Origin: Sphingomonadales bacterium CG_4_10_14_3_um_filter_58_15
GTDB lineage: Bacteria; Pseudomonadota; Alphaproteobacteria; Sphingomonadales; Sphingomonadaceae
Assembly (NCBI GenBank): GCA_002783865.1
Contig: PFJE01000178.1
Coordinates: forward strand, 1 to 60,235
DNA length: 60,235 bases
Direction of reading: 5' to 3'
The notes below the pieces were generated by a model, which made no database searches, had not been told where the DNA came from, and saw nothing but the letters and a program-made list of their open reading frames with translations. A program made the position numbers and the translations under genes. Positions 32,292-45,749 of the stretch are shown here, in pieces (positions within the stretch are counted from its first letter, which is position 1; every line of letters begins with the position of its first letter).

Positions 32292-33280
32292 AACATCACG
32301 GTTGGATCATCCTCGACAAACCGCTGGAACTTGGCTCGACGCAGGCGGTCGGCGCGGTAAAGCGGAATTTGCGCGAAGCGGGTTTGCTCGGCAAGGGCAA
32401 GGATAAGCTGAAGGTCGGCCATGGCGGGACGCTGGATCCGCTGGCGACCGGCGTTTTGCCGATTGCGATCGGCGAAGCGACCAAGCTGTGTGGGCGGATG
32501 CTGGATGCATCGAAGATCTATGAGTTTACGATTGGTTTCGGCGCGGAGACCGAGACGCTGGATGTCGAGGGGGCGGTCACGGAGGCCTCTGATCATCGAC
32601 CGACGCTGGCTGAAGTGGAATCGGTTTTGCCGCAATTCACCGGCCCGATCGAGCAGATACCGCCGAAATATTCGGCGCTGAAGATTGATGGCAAACGGGC
32701 TTATGATTTGGCGCGGGCAGGGGTTGCGGTGGAGATGAAGCTGCGGGGGGTGACCATTTTCTCGCTGGCCATTCGTCATCCTGAAGCCCCCACGCGTCAT
32801 CCTGAACTTGTTTCAGGACCTCGGGAGGTCCTGAAACAAGTTCAGGATGACGCGTTGTTGGACGAAATCACCCTCACAGCCACAGTCTCCAAGGGCACCT
32901 ACATCCGCTCGCTCGCGCGCGACATTGCGCGCGCCTTGCACACGGTCGGTCACGTCACCATGTTAAGGAGGACCAAGGCCGGTCCCTTCACGCTGAAACA
33001 GGCGATTTCGCTGGACAAACTCAACGAAATTGGTAAGGGCGCGGACATTACAGACTATCTTTTGCCGCTTGAGGCAGGGCTGGACGACATCCCGGCTTTT
33101 GACCTCACTCCTGATCAGGCAAAACTGCTTCGGCAAGGCATGACGCTGGACGAACGGGAAATGATCGGGAACCCCGCACTCAACGGGCTTTTTCTGGCGA
33201 CAGAGAACCAAGGTTCTCCGGTTGCGCTGGCCGAGCTTGCTGATGGCACCGTCAGGGTGGTGCGCGGGTTCAATATGTGA
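32279..33280 (+). CDS. truB: tRNA pseudouridine(55) synthase with in-frame REP insertion
   Basis: [26 protein letters not shown] and [12 protein letters not shown] motifs. Start may be the TTG at 32288. Confidence 0.97.
   Translation: MEILKHHGWIILDKPLELGSTQAVGAVKRNLREAGLLGKGKDKLKVGHGGTLDPLATGVLPIAIGEATKLCGRMLDASKIYEFTIGFGAETETLDVEGAVTEASDHRPTLAEVESVLPQFTGPIEQIPPKYSALKIDGKRAYDLARAGVAVEMKLRGVTIFSLAIRHPEAPTRHPELVSGPREVLKQVQDDALLDEITLTATVSKGTYIRSLARDIARALHTVGHVTMLRRTKAGPFTLKQAISLDKLNEIGKGADITDYLLPLEAGLDDIPAFDLTPDQAKLLRQGMTLDEREMIGNPALNGLFLATENQGSPVALAELADGTVRVVRGFNM
32774..32852. repeat. Family A REP doublet (plus partial copy) inside truB
   Basis: 32795-32852 matches 30967-31024 at 55 of 58 nt. 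An extra CGTCATCCTGAA lies at 32774-32785. Confidence 0.92.
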
Positions 33281-33303
33281 ATGATGTTCGAAGGAAAAAT
33301 TAT

Positions 33304-33573
33304 ATGACGATTACTGCAGAAAAAAAACAGGAACTGATCAAGAAATTCGGCCAGACAAAGGACGATACCGGTTCCCCGGAAGTTCAGGTTGCCGTGCTCA
33401 CCGAGCGCATCGTGAACCTGACCGAGCATTTCAAAGGCCATCACAAGGACAATCACTCGCGTCGCGGATTGCTGATGATGGTCAACAAACGGCGCAGCCT
33501 GCTGGACTATCTTCGCAAGAAAGACGTCGAGCGCTATGCCAAGCTGATCAAGGACCTTGGTCTGCGTAAGTGA
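33304..33573 (+). CDS. rpsO: 30S ribosomal protein S15
   Basis: [20 protein letters not shown] and LGLRK motifs. Confidence 0.98.
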   Translation: MTITAEKKQELIKKFGQTKDDTGSPEVQVAVLTERIVNLTEHFKGHHKDNHSRRGLLMMVNKRRSLLDYLRKKDVERYAKLIKDLGLRK

Positions 33574-33583
33574 CGCAATCGTT

Positions 33584-33614
33584 CGGCCCGCTTAATGCGG
33601 GCCGTTTACGTTTT
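33584..33614 (+). terminator. Probable rpsO terminator
   Basis: CGGCCCGC-TTAAT-GCGGGCCG followed by TTTACGTTTT. Confidence 0.6.
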
Positions 33615-33615
33615 G

Positions 33616-33704
33616 CGTCATCCCCGCGCAGGCGGGGATCCATCTCCAGGAGTTGCAACTAGACGCAATGTTCCGAGATGGACCCCGGCCTTCGCCGGGG
33701 AACA
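33616..33704. repeat. CGTC-type REP doublet (family B-related)
   Basis: CGTCATCCCCGCGCAGGCGGGGATCCATCTC ... GAGATGGACCCCGGCCTTCGCCGGGGAACA. Confidence 0.8.
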
Positions 33705-33840
33705 ATGTCAAATTTCGCAATAAGGTGAAGTGAGGCGAGTGTATGGGGCAAGAATGACCCCGAACCGCTGTTCAGCCGGATTGCTGGACACAAGAAAGCC
33801 CCCGCACTGCATAGGGCAGGCGGGACAAAGGAAAATACGA

Positions 33841-36135
33841 ATGTTTAATATCAAGAAAGTTGAAATGGAGTGGGGCGGACAGACCCTCACCCTCGAAACG
33901 GGCCGTATTGCTCGTCAGGCTGATGGCGCTGTACTCGCGACCCTCGGCGAAACGGTTGTACTGTGCGCAGTTACCGCCGCCAAATCGGTGCGCGAAGGGC
34001 AGGATTTCTTCCCGCTCACCGTGCACTATCAGGAAAAATTCTCAGCCGCCGGTCGTATCCCGGGCGGTTTCTTCAAGCGCGAAGGCCGTGCGACGGAAAA
34101 GGAAACGCTGACATCGCGTTTGATTGACCGTCCTTGCCGCCCGCTGTTCCCCGAAGGTTTCTACAACGAAATCAACGTAATCTGTCAGGTCATGAGCTAT
34201 GATGGAATCAACGAGCCCGACATATTGGCGATGGTTGCAGCGTCCGCTGCGCTGACCATTTCCGGTGTTCCGTTCATGGGCCCGATTGGCGCAGCTCGCG
34301 TCGGTTACAAGGAAGGCGAATATCAGCTGAACCCGTCGATGGAAGAAGTCGCCAATGGCGAACTCGATCTGGTTGTCGCCGGAACGATGGGCGCCGTGAT
34401 GATGGTTGAATCGGAAGCGCAAGAGCTTTCCGAAGAAGTCATGCTCGGTGCTGTCCAGTTCGCCCATGACGCATCCAAGCAGGTTGCTGGTCTGATCATC
34501 GATCTGGCTGAACAGGCTGCGAAAGAACCCTGGCAGCTCGACGCTGGCGACGACAATAGCGCGATCAAGGAAGACCTGCGCAAGCTGGTCGGAAAAGATA
34601 TCGCTGCGGCTTACAAGAAGACAGACAAGTCAGAGCGTAGCAACGCGCTGAACGCGGTTCGCGACAAGGCCAAGGAAAAATATGCCGACGCGGACGGCCA
34701 GACCCAGATGACCGCCGGCAAGATGGTCAAGAAACTGGAAGCCGAAATCGTTCGCGGTGCAATCCTCAAGGACGGTACCCGTATCGATGGCCGCAAGCTC
34801 GATCAGGTTCGCCCGATCGAAGCCATGGTTGGCCTGCTGCCACGGACCCACGGTTCGGCTTTGTTCACCCGCGGTGAAACGCAGGCGATCGTGACCACGA
34901 CCCTTGGCACCAAAGACGCCGAACAGATGATCGATGGGCTCGACGGTTTGAGCTACACCAACTTCATGCTGCACTATAACTTCCCACCTTATTCGGTTGG
35001 TGAAGTTGGCCGTTTCGGATTTACCAGCCGCCGCGAAACCGGCCATGGCAAGCTCGCTTTCCGCGCGCTGCGTCCGGTACTGCCGACAGTGGAAGACTTT
35101 CCTTATACGATCCGCGTTCTCTCCGACATTACCGAATCCAACGGTTCATCCTCGATGGCGACCGTTTGTGGCGGTTCGCTGGCGATGATGGATGCCGGTG
35201 TGCCCTTGACGCGTCCGGTTTCCGGTATTGCGATGGGCCTGATCCTCGAAGGCGAAGATTTTGCGGTTCTGTCCGACATTCTTGGCGACGAAGATCATCT
35301 CGGCGACATGGACTTCAAGGTTGCGGGTACCGAAAAGGGTATCACCTCCTTGCAGATGGACATCAAGGTAGCCGGCATTACGCAGGAAATCATGAAGTCT
35401 GCTCTGGAACAGGCCAGTGGCGGTCGCGCTCATATCCTAGGTGAAATGAGCAAGGCGCTTAGCGGTACCCGGACCGAAATGTCCGAACATGCTCCACGCA
35501 TCGAAACTCTGCAGATCAACAAGGAAAAGATCCGCGAAGTTATCGGTACCGGCGGCAAGGTGATCCGCGAAATCGTTGCCGAAACCGGCGCGAAGGTGGA
35601 TATTGACGATGAAGGCCTGATCAAGGTTTCTTCTTCTGACAAATCCCAGATTGATGCGGCAATCGCATGGATCAAGGGCATTGTTGAAGAAGCCGAAGTC
35701 GGCAAGGTCTATGACGGCAAGGTCGTCAATCTGGTCGACTTTGGCGCGTTCGTGAATTTCATGGGCGGCAAGGACGGTCTCGTCCACGTCTCTGAAATCA
35801 AGAATGAGCGGGTCGAGAAGGTCTCCGACGTTCTGAGCGAAGGCCAGGCCGTCAAGGTCAAGGTTCTCGAAATCGACCAGCGCGGCAAGGTTCGCCTGTC
35901 GATGCGGGTTGTCGATCAGGAAACAGGTGAAGAGCTGGAGGATAGCCGTCCTGCCCGCGAACCACGCGGTGACAAGCCCCGTGGCCCGCGCCGTGACGGT
36001 GCTGGTGGCGGCGGTCGCGGACGCGATGGTGGCGGACGTGGCCGTGACGGCGGCGGACGTGGCCGGAACAACGACGGTCCCAAGGACGAAGGCGGTGGTG
36101 ACATTCCATTGCCTGCTTCGATCACCGAAGACTAG
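33841..36135 (+). CDS. pnp: Polyribonucleotide nucleotidyltransferase
   Basis: [19 protein letters not shown] and [13 protein letters not shown] motifs; KH and S1 domains. Confidence 0.99.
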   Translation: MFNIKKVEMEWGGQTLTLETGRIARQADGAVLATLGETVVLCAVTAAKSVREGQDFFPLTVHYQEKFSAAGRIPGGFFKREGRATEKETLTSRLIDRPCRPLFPEGFYNEINVICQVMSYDGINEPDILAMVAASAALTISGVPFMGPIGAARVGYKEGEYQLNPSMEEVANGELDLVVAGTMGAVMMVESEAQELSEEVMLGAVQFAHDASKQVAGLIIDLAEQAAKEPWQLDAGDDNSAIKEDLRKLVGKDIAAAYKKTDKSERSNALNAVRDKAKEKYADADGQTQMTAGKMVKKLEAEIVRGAILKDGTRIDGRKLDQVRPIEAMVGLLPRTHGSALFTRGETQAIVTTTLGTKDAEQMIDGLDGLSYTNFMLHYNFPPYSVGEVGRFGFTSRRETGHGKLAFRALRPVLPTVEDFPYTIRVLSDITESNGSSSMATVCGGSLAMMDAGVPLTRPVSGIAMGLILEGEDFAVLSDILGDEDHLGDMDFKVAGTEKGITSLQMDIKVAGITQEIMKSALEQASGGRAHILGEMSKALSGTRTEMSEHAPRIETLQINKEKIREVIGTGGKVIREIVAETGAKVDIDDEGLIKVSSSDKSQIDAAIAWIKGIVEEAEVGKVYDGKVVNLVDFGAFVNFMGGKDGLVHVSEIKNERVEKVSDVLSEGQAVKVKVLEIDQRGKVRLSMRVVDQETGEELEDSRPAREPRGDKPRGPRRDGAGGGGRGRDGGGRGRDGGGRGRNNDGPKDEGGGDIPLPASITED

Positions 36136-36159
36136 AATTTCGCAAACTGAAACAGCGAG

Positions 36160-36189
36160 GGGCCCGGAGCGATCCGGGCCCTTTTCTTT
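36160..36189 (+). terminator. Intrinsic terminator after pnp
   Basis: GGGCCCGGA-GCGA-TCCGGGCCC followed by TTTTCTTT. Confidence 0.85.
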
Positions 36190-36325
36190 GCCCGGGTTTT
36201 TCTCACAAATTCGCCAGATTAATCTCTGGTAAAGCTTGAACAGAACAGGGAGTAGCGATCTGCTCCAGCGGTTTTTTTGCTTTATTCTTGGCTGGATGAA
36301 AACAAGCGGTTAAGAGGTCTGCCAT

Positions 36326-37111
36326 ATGAACAAACACATTATCAAATGGGCCGTTATCGGTCTCTCCGCTACGATGCTTTCCGGTTGTGCCCTGCTTGGC
36401 GGCGGTGGCAGTGGGCGCGGTGCCGACACCCGCTATGTCGCGCGCGATGTCGACACGTTGTATAACGCTGCAAAAGTGCGGCTGGATCGCGGACAGTACA
36501 AGATTGCCGCTGCGCTGTTTGACGAAGTCGAGCGCCAGCATCCCTATTCCCCATGGGCCCGCCGCGCGCAGCAGATGAGCGCGTTCAGCTATTATCTCGC
36601 TGGCGATTATAACAAGGCGACGGAATCGGCGCGCCGGTTTCTGTCGATCCATCCGGGCAACAAGGACGCGCCTTATGCCTATTATCTGATCGCGCTCTGC
36701 TATTATGAGCAGATCAGCGATGTCACCCGTGACCAGAAGATCACCGAACAGGCGCTGGCCGCTCTCGGCGAAGTGTCCCGTCGCTATCCCAATTCGCGCT
36801 ATGCCGCCGATGCCAAGCTGAAAATGGATCTGGTCAATGACCATCTCGCAGGCAAGGAAATGGAAATCGGCCGCTTTTACCAGCGCCGCGGCAAATGGCT
36901 CGCCGCAACCATCCGGTTCCGGACGGTAATCGAGAAATATGAGACCACGACCCACACGCCAGAAGCGCTGATGCGATTGACCGAATCCTATCTTGCGCTG
37001 GGTGTGCCGACGGAGGCGAAGAAGACCGCCGCTGTGCTCGGCGCGAACTATCCCGGTACCAAATGGTATGAGCGCGCCTATGAACTGGTCAACAAGCATG
37101 GTGCCACTTAA
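36326..37111 (+). CDS. bamD: Outer membrane protein assembly factor BamD
   Basis: Lipobox LSGC, HPYSPWA and LAGKEMEIGRFY; upstream of recN. Confidence 0.95.
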   Translation: MNKHIIKWAVIGLSATMLSGCALLGGGGSGRGADTRYVARDVDTLYNAAKVRLDRGQYKIAAALFDEVERQHPYSPWARRAQQMSAFSYYLAGDYNKATESARRFLSIHPGNKDAPYAYYLIALCYYEQISDVTRDQKITEQALAALGEVSRRYPNSRYAADAKLKMDLVNDHLAGKEMEIGRFYQRRGKWLAATIRFRTVIEKYETTTHTPEALMRLTESYLALGVPTEAKKTAAVLGANYPGTKWYERAYELVNKHGAT

Positions 37112-37167
37112 GCTGCGATCTGCTGCAATGCGTTGCAGCTAAGGTAAACGTGTTTTAAGAGGGCTCT

Positions 37168-38832
37168 GTGCTGCAGTCCCTTTCCATCCGCGATATTGTA
37201 TTGATTGAGGCGCTTGACCTCGAGTTCGGCTCGGGCCTTACGGTGCTGACCGGCGAGACCGGTGCGGGCAAGTCGATTCTGCTGGACAGTCTCGGGCTGG
37301 CGCTGGGCAATCGGGCGGATAGCGGACTGGTCCGTCAAGGCACCGAAAAGGCGCAGGTTACCGCCAGTTTTGCCGCACCGGTAGCGGGCAGCAAGCTGGC
37401 CAGAATGCTCGCCGAAAATGATATTGAGATCGAAGCCGGCGAGCCGCTGATCATCAAGCGTTCTGTCAAGGCCGACGGCGGCAGCCGCGCCTTCATCAAT
37501 GACCAGCCTTGTTCGGCGACGCTGCTCCGCGCAGTGGGCGGGCAACTGATTGAAATCCATGGCCAGCATGATGATCGCGGTCTGATCAATGCCAAGGGGC
37601 ACCGGGCGCTGCTCGATGCTTTTGCCGGGGTGGAAAGCGCCAGAGTGGCACAGTCCTTCGAGGCTTGGCAGACCGCGAAAGCGGCGCTGGAGCAGGCGAA
37701 GCAGGAGCAGGAAACGGCGGAGAATGACCGTGAATATCTGGAACATAGCGTCGCTGAACTGGCCAAATTTGCGCCGCAATCCGGCGAGGAACAGGAACTC
37801 GCTCTCGAGCGCGCGACGATGATGAAGGGCGAAAAGCTCACCGGCGATCTCGAAGCGATTCGTGCGGCTTTTGACGGCTCTAACGGCGGGCTTGCCTCGC
37901 TCCGGTCGGCGGCGCGGCGGCTCGATATGATCGCCGAAGATCACCCCCTGCTGAAGGAAGCGCTGGAGGCGCTCGACCGGTCGATCATCGACGCCACCGA
38001 GGCCGAGGACAAGCTCAGCGAAGCGGCCCAAGCGCTGAGCTTTGACCCGCAGCGACTCGACGATATGGAGACCCGGCTGTTTGATCTGCGGGGACTGGCG
38101 CGCAAGCATCGGGTGGAGCCGGACAAGCTTTCGGATCTGCTGAATGAACTGCAGAACAAGCTCGCGGCGATCAGCGATGGCGGCAAGACGCTGGAAGGAT
38201 TGGAAGCATCTTTGGTGCTCGCGAAAAAATCCTACATTGCGGCGGCCGAAGCCTTGCGGGCGCAGCGCAGCAAGGCGGCGAAGGCGCTGGACAAGGCGGT
38301 AGCCGGGGAACTGGCGCCACTCAAGCTGGATGCGGCAAGATTTGAGACTTTGCTTGAACTATTACCCGAAGAGCATTGGAATAAAGGCGGAATGGATCGG
38401 ATCGAGTTTCTGATTTCGACCAACCCGGGTGCGCCGCTGGCACCTCTGGGCAAAATTGCGTCGGGAGGTGAACTTTCGCGGTTCATTCTGGCCCTAAAAG
38501 TTGCATTGGCGGAAGAATATGGGCTGAAATCGATCATTTTTGACGAAGTCGACCGCGGTGTCGGCGGCGCTGTCGCCTCTGCGATCGGCGACCGCCTGTC
38601 GCGGCTATCCAGAGGCGCGCAGCTGCTGGTCGTCACCCACAGCCCGCAGGTTGCCTCCAAGGGCGACGCGCATATGCTGATCAACAAGTCGCTCAGCGGG
38701 ACGGTGTCGCGCACCGATGTCCGCGCGCTGGATGGCGAAGGGCGGCGGCAGGAGATAGCGCGGATGCTGTCGGGCGCGGATGTGACCGATGAGGCGCGGG
38801 CGCAGGCAGACCGGTTGCTGGAGGGGGTTTGA
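37168..38832 (+). CDS. recN: DNA repair protein RecN
   Basis: LTGETGAGKS, IHGQH, ASGGELSR, IFDEVD and VTHSPQVA motifs. Confidence 0.98.
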   Translation: MLQSLSIRDIVLIEALDLEFGSGLTVLTGETGAGKSILLDSLGLALGNRADSGLVRQGTEKAQVTASFAAPVAGSKLARMLAENDIEIEAGEPLIIKRSVKADGGSRAFINDQPCSATLLRAVGGQLIEIHGQHDDRGLINAKGHRALLDAFAGVESARVAQSFEAWQTAKAALEQAKQEQETAENDREYLEHSVAELAKFAPQSGEEQELALERATMMKGEKLTGDLEAIRAAFDGSNGGLASLRSAARRLDMIAEDHPLLKEALEALDRSIIDATEAEDKLSEAAQALSFDPQRLDDMETRLFDLRGLARKHRVEPDKLSDLLNELQNKLAAISDGGKTLEGLEASLVLAKKSYIAAAEALRAQRSKAAKALDKAVAGELAPLKLDAARFETLLELLPEEHWNKGGMDRIEFLISTNPGAPLAPLGKIASGGELSRFILALKVALAEEYGLKSIIFDEVDRGVGGAVASAIGDRLSRLSRGAQLLVVTHSPQVASKGDAHMLINKSLSGTVSRTDVRALDGEGRRQEIARMLSGADVTDEARAQADRLLEGV

Positions 38833-38877
38833 GTGGGAATCTCCGTTGTTGCGGGGCCTTCAGGATCAGGGCGGTCT

Positions 38878-41953
<3,076 letters not shown>

Positions 41954-41962
41954 CTGGTTTTG

Positions 41963-42055
41963 CTGTTCGTCCCAAGCTTGTCGAAGGACATCTCGCGACG
42001 ATAGGCGCAGTTGAGCTTCGCTCGCCCATCGGGTCGACAAGCTCAGTGCTAACGG
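41963..42055. repeat. Degenerate family C REP doublet
   Basis: CTGTTCGTCCCAAGCTTGTCGAAGGAC ... GTCGACAAGCTCAGTGCTAACGG. Confidence 0.7.
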
Positions 42056-42080
42056 TACGATTTATCGCGATTGCCCCCAA

Positions 42081-42228
42081 AATCCTCCCCGCTTGCGGGG
42101 AGGGGGACCGCGCGAAGCGTGGTGGAGGGGGCGTGCGTCCGAGCGTGGCGCCTGGGCCAGAACCCCCTTCGTCAGCCACCTTCGCCAAGGCTACGGCGGC
42201 TGCCACCTCCCCGCAGGCGGGGAGGATT
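42081..42228. repeat. 148-bp palindromic MITE/REPIN-like element, family E
   Basis: Ends AATCCTCCCCGCTTGCGGGGAGG and CCTCCCCGCAGGCGGGGAGGATT are inverted with one mismatch over 23 nt; each end is itself a hairpin. Confidence 0.8.
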
Positions 42229-42245
42229 ATTCCGCCCCGAACCAT

Positions 42246-42298
42246 GCCTCTCTGACGAGAGAAACCACCCCAACCCCTCCTTTGAAAAGGAGGGGCTT
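42246..42298. repeat. Family D repeat, near-identical copy of 38984-39036
   Basis: 53-bp match with 2 mismatches (GCCTyTCwGACGAGAGAAACCACCCCAACCCCTCCTTTGAAAAGGAGGGGCTT). Confidence 0.9.
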
Positions 42299-42370
42299 GA
42301 TAGTTCCGTTAGGGGTAGGCTTGTCGAACGATACGTCTCGTCCGAAAAGCGTCATTGGGCGCATCCCAAC

Positions 42371-42535
42371 CCCTTCTCCCGTGAGGGAGAAGGATGTGAA
42401 GACTTGGCAGCTTGCTGCCCAGTCGCAGCTGGATGAGGGTGTTCTGCGCTTCGTAATACGGAACGCCCTCATCCAACGCCGCCTAGCTTCGTTCCTCAGC
42501 AAGGCTCTGTATCCTTCTCCCTCACGGGAGAAGGG
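42371..42535. repeat. 165-bp palindromic MITE/REPIN-like element, family G
   Basis: Perfect 25-bp terminal inverted repeat CCCTTCTCCCGTGAGGGAGAAGGAT / ATCCTTCTCCCTCACGGGAGAAGGG, with inner TGGATGAGGG / CCCTCATCCA. Confidence 0.85.
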
Positions 42536-42646
42536 AGAACTAGAAACTCGGGCCACGGTGCGCAATCTCAAGGGGTCCCGAAACGAGTTACCTTGGGTGG
42601 CCTTCGGCTCAGGATGACGAATTTGCCTGATCACAGTCGAACGCCC

Positions 42647-43333
42647 TCACTCACTCCCTTCCGGAAACCAGCGCATCACGCCACCCTGAAACGGCGTCCA
42701 CAGCCCGGTGCGGATACCCGCCTGTTGCAACACGTCGCTGGTCCAGTTGTTGCATGTGAAGAATGCATTGTAGTGGCCGTTCGCCTGGTAGAACAGGTCA
42801 GTCTGACCATAGCCCGGTGAAGGCTGGGAGCGGTAATGATCGTCGAGAGCGAAGCGCGCCTGGATTGCATCGGCGATTTTCCGATATTCCGCTTCGCTGA
42901 CTTTCAGGCTGCGGCGGTAATGCGGATAAGCTTGTGGATAATTCAGGTGGTCGACGTGGACAAGCACCTTGTCGCTGCCAAAGATCGCGCTGACCGCGTC
43001 GCTCGCACGCAGGTCCCGCCAGTAGCGGGTGTTGCGATAGACGCCTTCATGGCCCCAGCCGACCAGGATATGGCTGCCATAGCGGGACGGGTCCTGCAGA
43101 TGCTCGGGCCGGATCAGCGGCGTCCAGTCGTGGACTTCGCTCCAGATCGGCATGATGATGCCGGTATGCAGGCCGTTGGTTTCGACGAACAATTCTATGC
43201 CGTCATCGGCGCTTTGCCAATCCTGATTGACCGGCAGCAGACTGCCACCGAGCGCCGCCAGCAGATAGAGGACGATGATGGTGCCCAGCGCAAAGACACT
43301 GTGTTTCAATAATTTAAGTGACCTAGTTGCCAT
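42647..43333 (-). CDS. TIGR02117 / DUF2459 family protein
   Basis: NGLHTGI.MP, GWG and Y.A.G.YN...TCNNWT...L..AG motifs. Confidence 0.8.
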   Translation of the reverse strand: MATRSLKLLKHSVFALGTIIVLYLLAALGGSLLPVNQDWQSADDGIELFVETNGLHTGIIMPIWSEVHDWTPLIRPEHLQDPSRYGSHILVGWGHEGVYRNTRYWRDLRASDAVSAIFGSDKVLVHVDHLNYPQAYPHYRRSLKVSEAEYRKIADAIQARFALDDHYRSQPSPGYGQTDLFYQANGHYNAFFTCNNWTSDVLQQAGIRTGLWTPFQGGVMRWFPEGSE

Positions 43334-43362
43334 TGAAACCTGTTTTGCTGTAGGATGATGCC

Positions 43363-44259
43363 ATGCTTAGCAAGTCCGAACCTGAAACCCATGTCTATGA
43401 CAAGCCGCCAGCGCACGCAAATGCCGACTGGACGATCGATCAGGACTGGAGCAGCTATTCCGCAGAAGACCACGAAACGTGGGATATATTGTTCGCGCGC
43501 CAGCAGAAAATGTTGCCGGGTCGTGCGGCGCAGGCATTTCTCAATGGCATCGACATATTGAAACTGTCGCGGCCGGGAATTCCCGATTTCAAGGAACTCA
43601 ACCGGATCTTGATGGATGCTACAGGTTGGCAGGTGGTGGCGGTGCCCGGTCTGGTCCCCGACGATGTGTTTTTCGACCATCTCGCCAACCGGCGCTTTGT
43701 GTCGGGCAATTTCATCCGGCGAAGGGACCAGCTTGACTATCTGCAGGAACCAGACATTTTCCACGATGTTTTCGGCCATGTGCCGATGCTCGCCGATCAG
43801 CGCTTTGGCGACTATATGGCGGCTTATGGGCGCGGTGGGCTCAGGGCGCTGAAATTCGGTACGCTGAAACAGCTGGCGCGGCTCTACTGGTATACGGTGG
43901 AATTCGGTCTGATCCAGGAGGATGATGGTCTGCGCATTTACGGCGCCGGCATCGTCTCCAGCTATGGCGAGAGCGTCTTTGCGCTGGATGATCCCAGCCC
44001 CAACCGGATATTGTTTGATCTCGAGCGGGTGTTGCGCACCGAGTATCGGATCGACGATTATCAGCAGAATTATTTTGTCATTCCGAGTCTGGACGAGCTG
44101 TTGCGGGTGACGGTGGAGACGGATTTCAAGCCGGTCTATGACCGGATCGCCAAGCTTCCCGATATCCGGATTGCCGAGATTGTCGAGGGTGATGTGGTGC
44201 TGACCGAGGGGACGCAGGACTATGCGCGGTCGAAAGCTGGAGAAGCTACGGTTGTTTGA
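43363..44259 (+). CDS. phhA: Phenylalanine 4-monooxygenase
   Basis: YLQEPDIFHDVFGHVP, LARLYWYTVEFGL and YGAGIVSS motifs. Confidence 0.96.
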   Translation: MLSKSEPETHVYDKPPAHANADWTIDQDWSSYSAEDHETWDILFARQQKMLPGRAAQAFLNGIDILKLSRPGIPDFKELNRILMDATGWQVVAVPGLVPDDVFFDHLANRRFVSGNFIRRRDQLDYLQEPDIFHDVFGHVPMLADQRFGDYMAAYGRGGLRALKFGTLKQLARLYWYTVEFGLIQEDDGLRIYGAGIVSSYGESVFALDDPSPNRILFDLERVLRTEYRIDDYQQNYFVIPSLDELLRVTVETDFKPVYDRIAKLPDIRIAEIVEGDVVLTEGTQDYARSKAGEATVV

Positions 44260-44406
44260 CTGCGTGCGCATCTGTGGGGAGGGTCGGCATTGGACTCACG
44301 CGAAGTCGCAATGGGATTTCGCGCATAATTCCAGCCTTTGTGGATTGTTACACCTTCTTCCTTCAGGGACAAGGAATTAGGAATGTTGCGCCTGTCACTG
44401 GAATTG

Positions 44407-44688
44407 CTATTTCATGTGTCGAACATCAATATTGCCAAACTTTACAAAAACGAGCAATGCAATCACAGCCACGCAAAGAATGTCGCTCATTATGGTTGAG
44501 CCGGTTATTTTATTTAAGAAAAATTGAACAAGGCCGAAGGGTGCCCCTAGGAACCCGAACCATAGGTCGATATATTTTGGATAGTTGATTTGACCAATAG
44601 CCGATAAAAGAAGATCAATTCCCGCAATTGTTATAAAATAACCCAAAACTATTTTACGAAATGGGGATAATTTTTTTTCAAGATACAT
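44407..44688 (-). CDS. Small AT-rich hypothetical membrane protein
   Basis: 93-aa ORF with about three hydrophobic segments. ATG follows AGAGGA; the DNA is visibly AT-rich. Confidence 0.55.
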   Translation of the reverse strand: MYLEKKLSPFRKIVLGYFITIAGIDLLLSAIGQINYPKYIDLWFGFLGAPFGLVQFFLNKITGSTIMSDILCVAVIALLVFVKFGNIDVRHMK

Positions 44689-44753
44689 CTTGGTAAATCC
44701 TCTGCATCACCTTGGAACAAACCTACAAACGGTGCGCGCCCAGCGCAGGGGTA

Positions 44754-45737
44754 CTAGCACTCCCCGAAATAGTCCGAGGCCAGCGGTGATTTTTTCCGGT
44801 GCGGCTTGCGGGTCCAGCCATATTTCCTTGCCTTGACCAGGGTCAGGCAGGGCCATTCATTGTCGAGCCGGCTATGCTTGAGGCGAAAGCCCTCGCGGAC
44901 ATAGGCGCGGACGACCTCGGCTTGCTGGCGGGATAGCAGGCCGGCGAGCAGCAGCACGGTTCCGGCAGACGATGCCGCGGCGATTTGCGGGGCGAGGGCG
45001 ACCAGCGGACCGGCGAGAATATTGGCGATGATCAGGTCGTACGGGGCGCGCTGGCCGAGCGCCGGATGGTCGAGCCCGTTGCTCTGCACCAGCCGGATAT
45101 GGCGGCGGCCATTGCCCAGCGGAATGGCATTCTGTTCCGCATTGGCTTCGGTCACGGCGACCGCAACCGGATCGATGTCGCTGGCGATGATTTTTGCCTC
45201 CGGCCAGAGATGGTGGGCGGCAAAAGCGAGCAGGCCGGTGCCGGTTCCGATATCGGCAATATTGCGAAAGCGGTGACCGGAGCGGCGGAGCTGGTCGAGA
45301 CTGTGCAGACAGCCCATGGTGGTTTCATGGTGCCCGGTGCCAAAGGCGCGCCCGGCGTCGATACAGATATTGGTCAGCTTCGTATCAGTTGATGGCTGGT
45401 CACCTGAGGTGTGGACATGGAAACGGCCGGCGCGCAGCGGCTCCAGGCCCTGCTGACTGAGCGTGACCCAGTCCTCGTTGGCGAGCCGTTCGACCAAAGG
45501 CTTGATGGCGGCGGCGGTAGCCGATGGCGACAACAATAGCAGATTGTCCAGCAGCTCCTGATCCGGCTCCTGCTCGCAATAGACATCGATCATCCATTCG
45601 TCGGGGCGTTTGGCATCGGTTTCGCTGGCGACGATGGTGGGCGTCGTATCGGAGGAGCTGACAAACAGATTATCCGCCGCGAGTGTCCGGGCTTCGTCGC
45701 GGGTGCAGGGGATCGAGACCTTCCAGGTTTCGCTCAT
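44754..45737 (-). CDS. prmA: Ribosomal protein L11 methyltransferase
   Basis: AFGTGHHETT, DIGTGTGLLA, DIDP and IIANILAGPL motifs. Confidence 0.93.
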   Translation of the reverse strand: MSETWKVSIPCTRDEARTLAADNLFVSSSDTTPTIVASETDAKRPDEWMIDVYCEQEPDQELLDNLLLLSPSATAAAIKPLVERLANEDWVTLSQQGLEPLRAGRFHVHTSGDQPSTDTKLTNICIDAGRAFGTGHHETTMGCLHSLDQLRRSGHRFRNIADIGTGTGLLAFAAHHLWPEAKIIASDIDPVAVAVTEANAEQNAIPLGNGRRHIRLVQSNGLDHPALGQRAPYDLIIANILAGPLVALAPQIAAASSAGTVLLLAGLLSRQQAEVVRAYVREGFRLKHSRLDNEWPCLTLVKARKYGWTRKPHRKKSPLASDYFGEC

Positions 45738-45749
45738 CGCTGGTGACAG

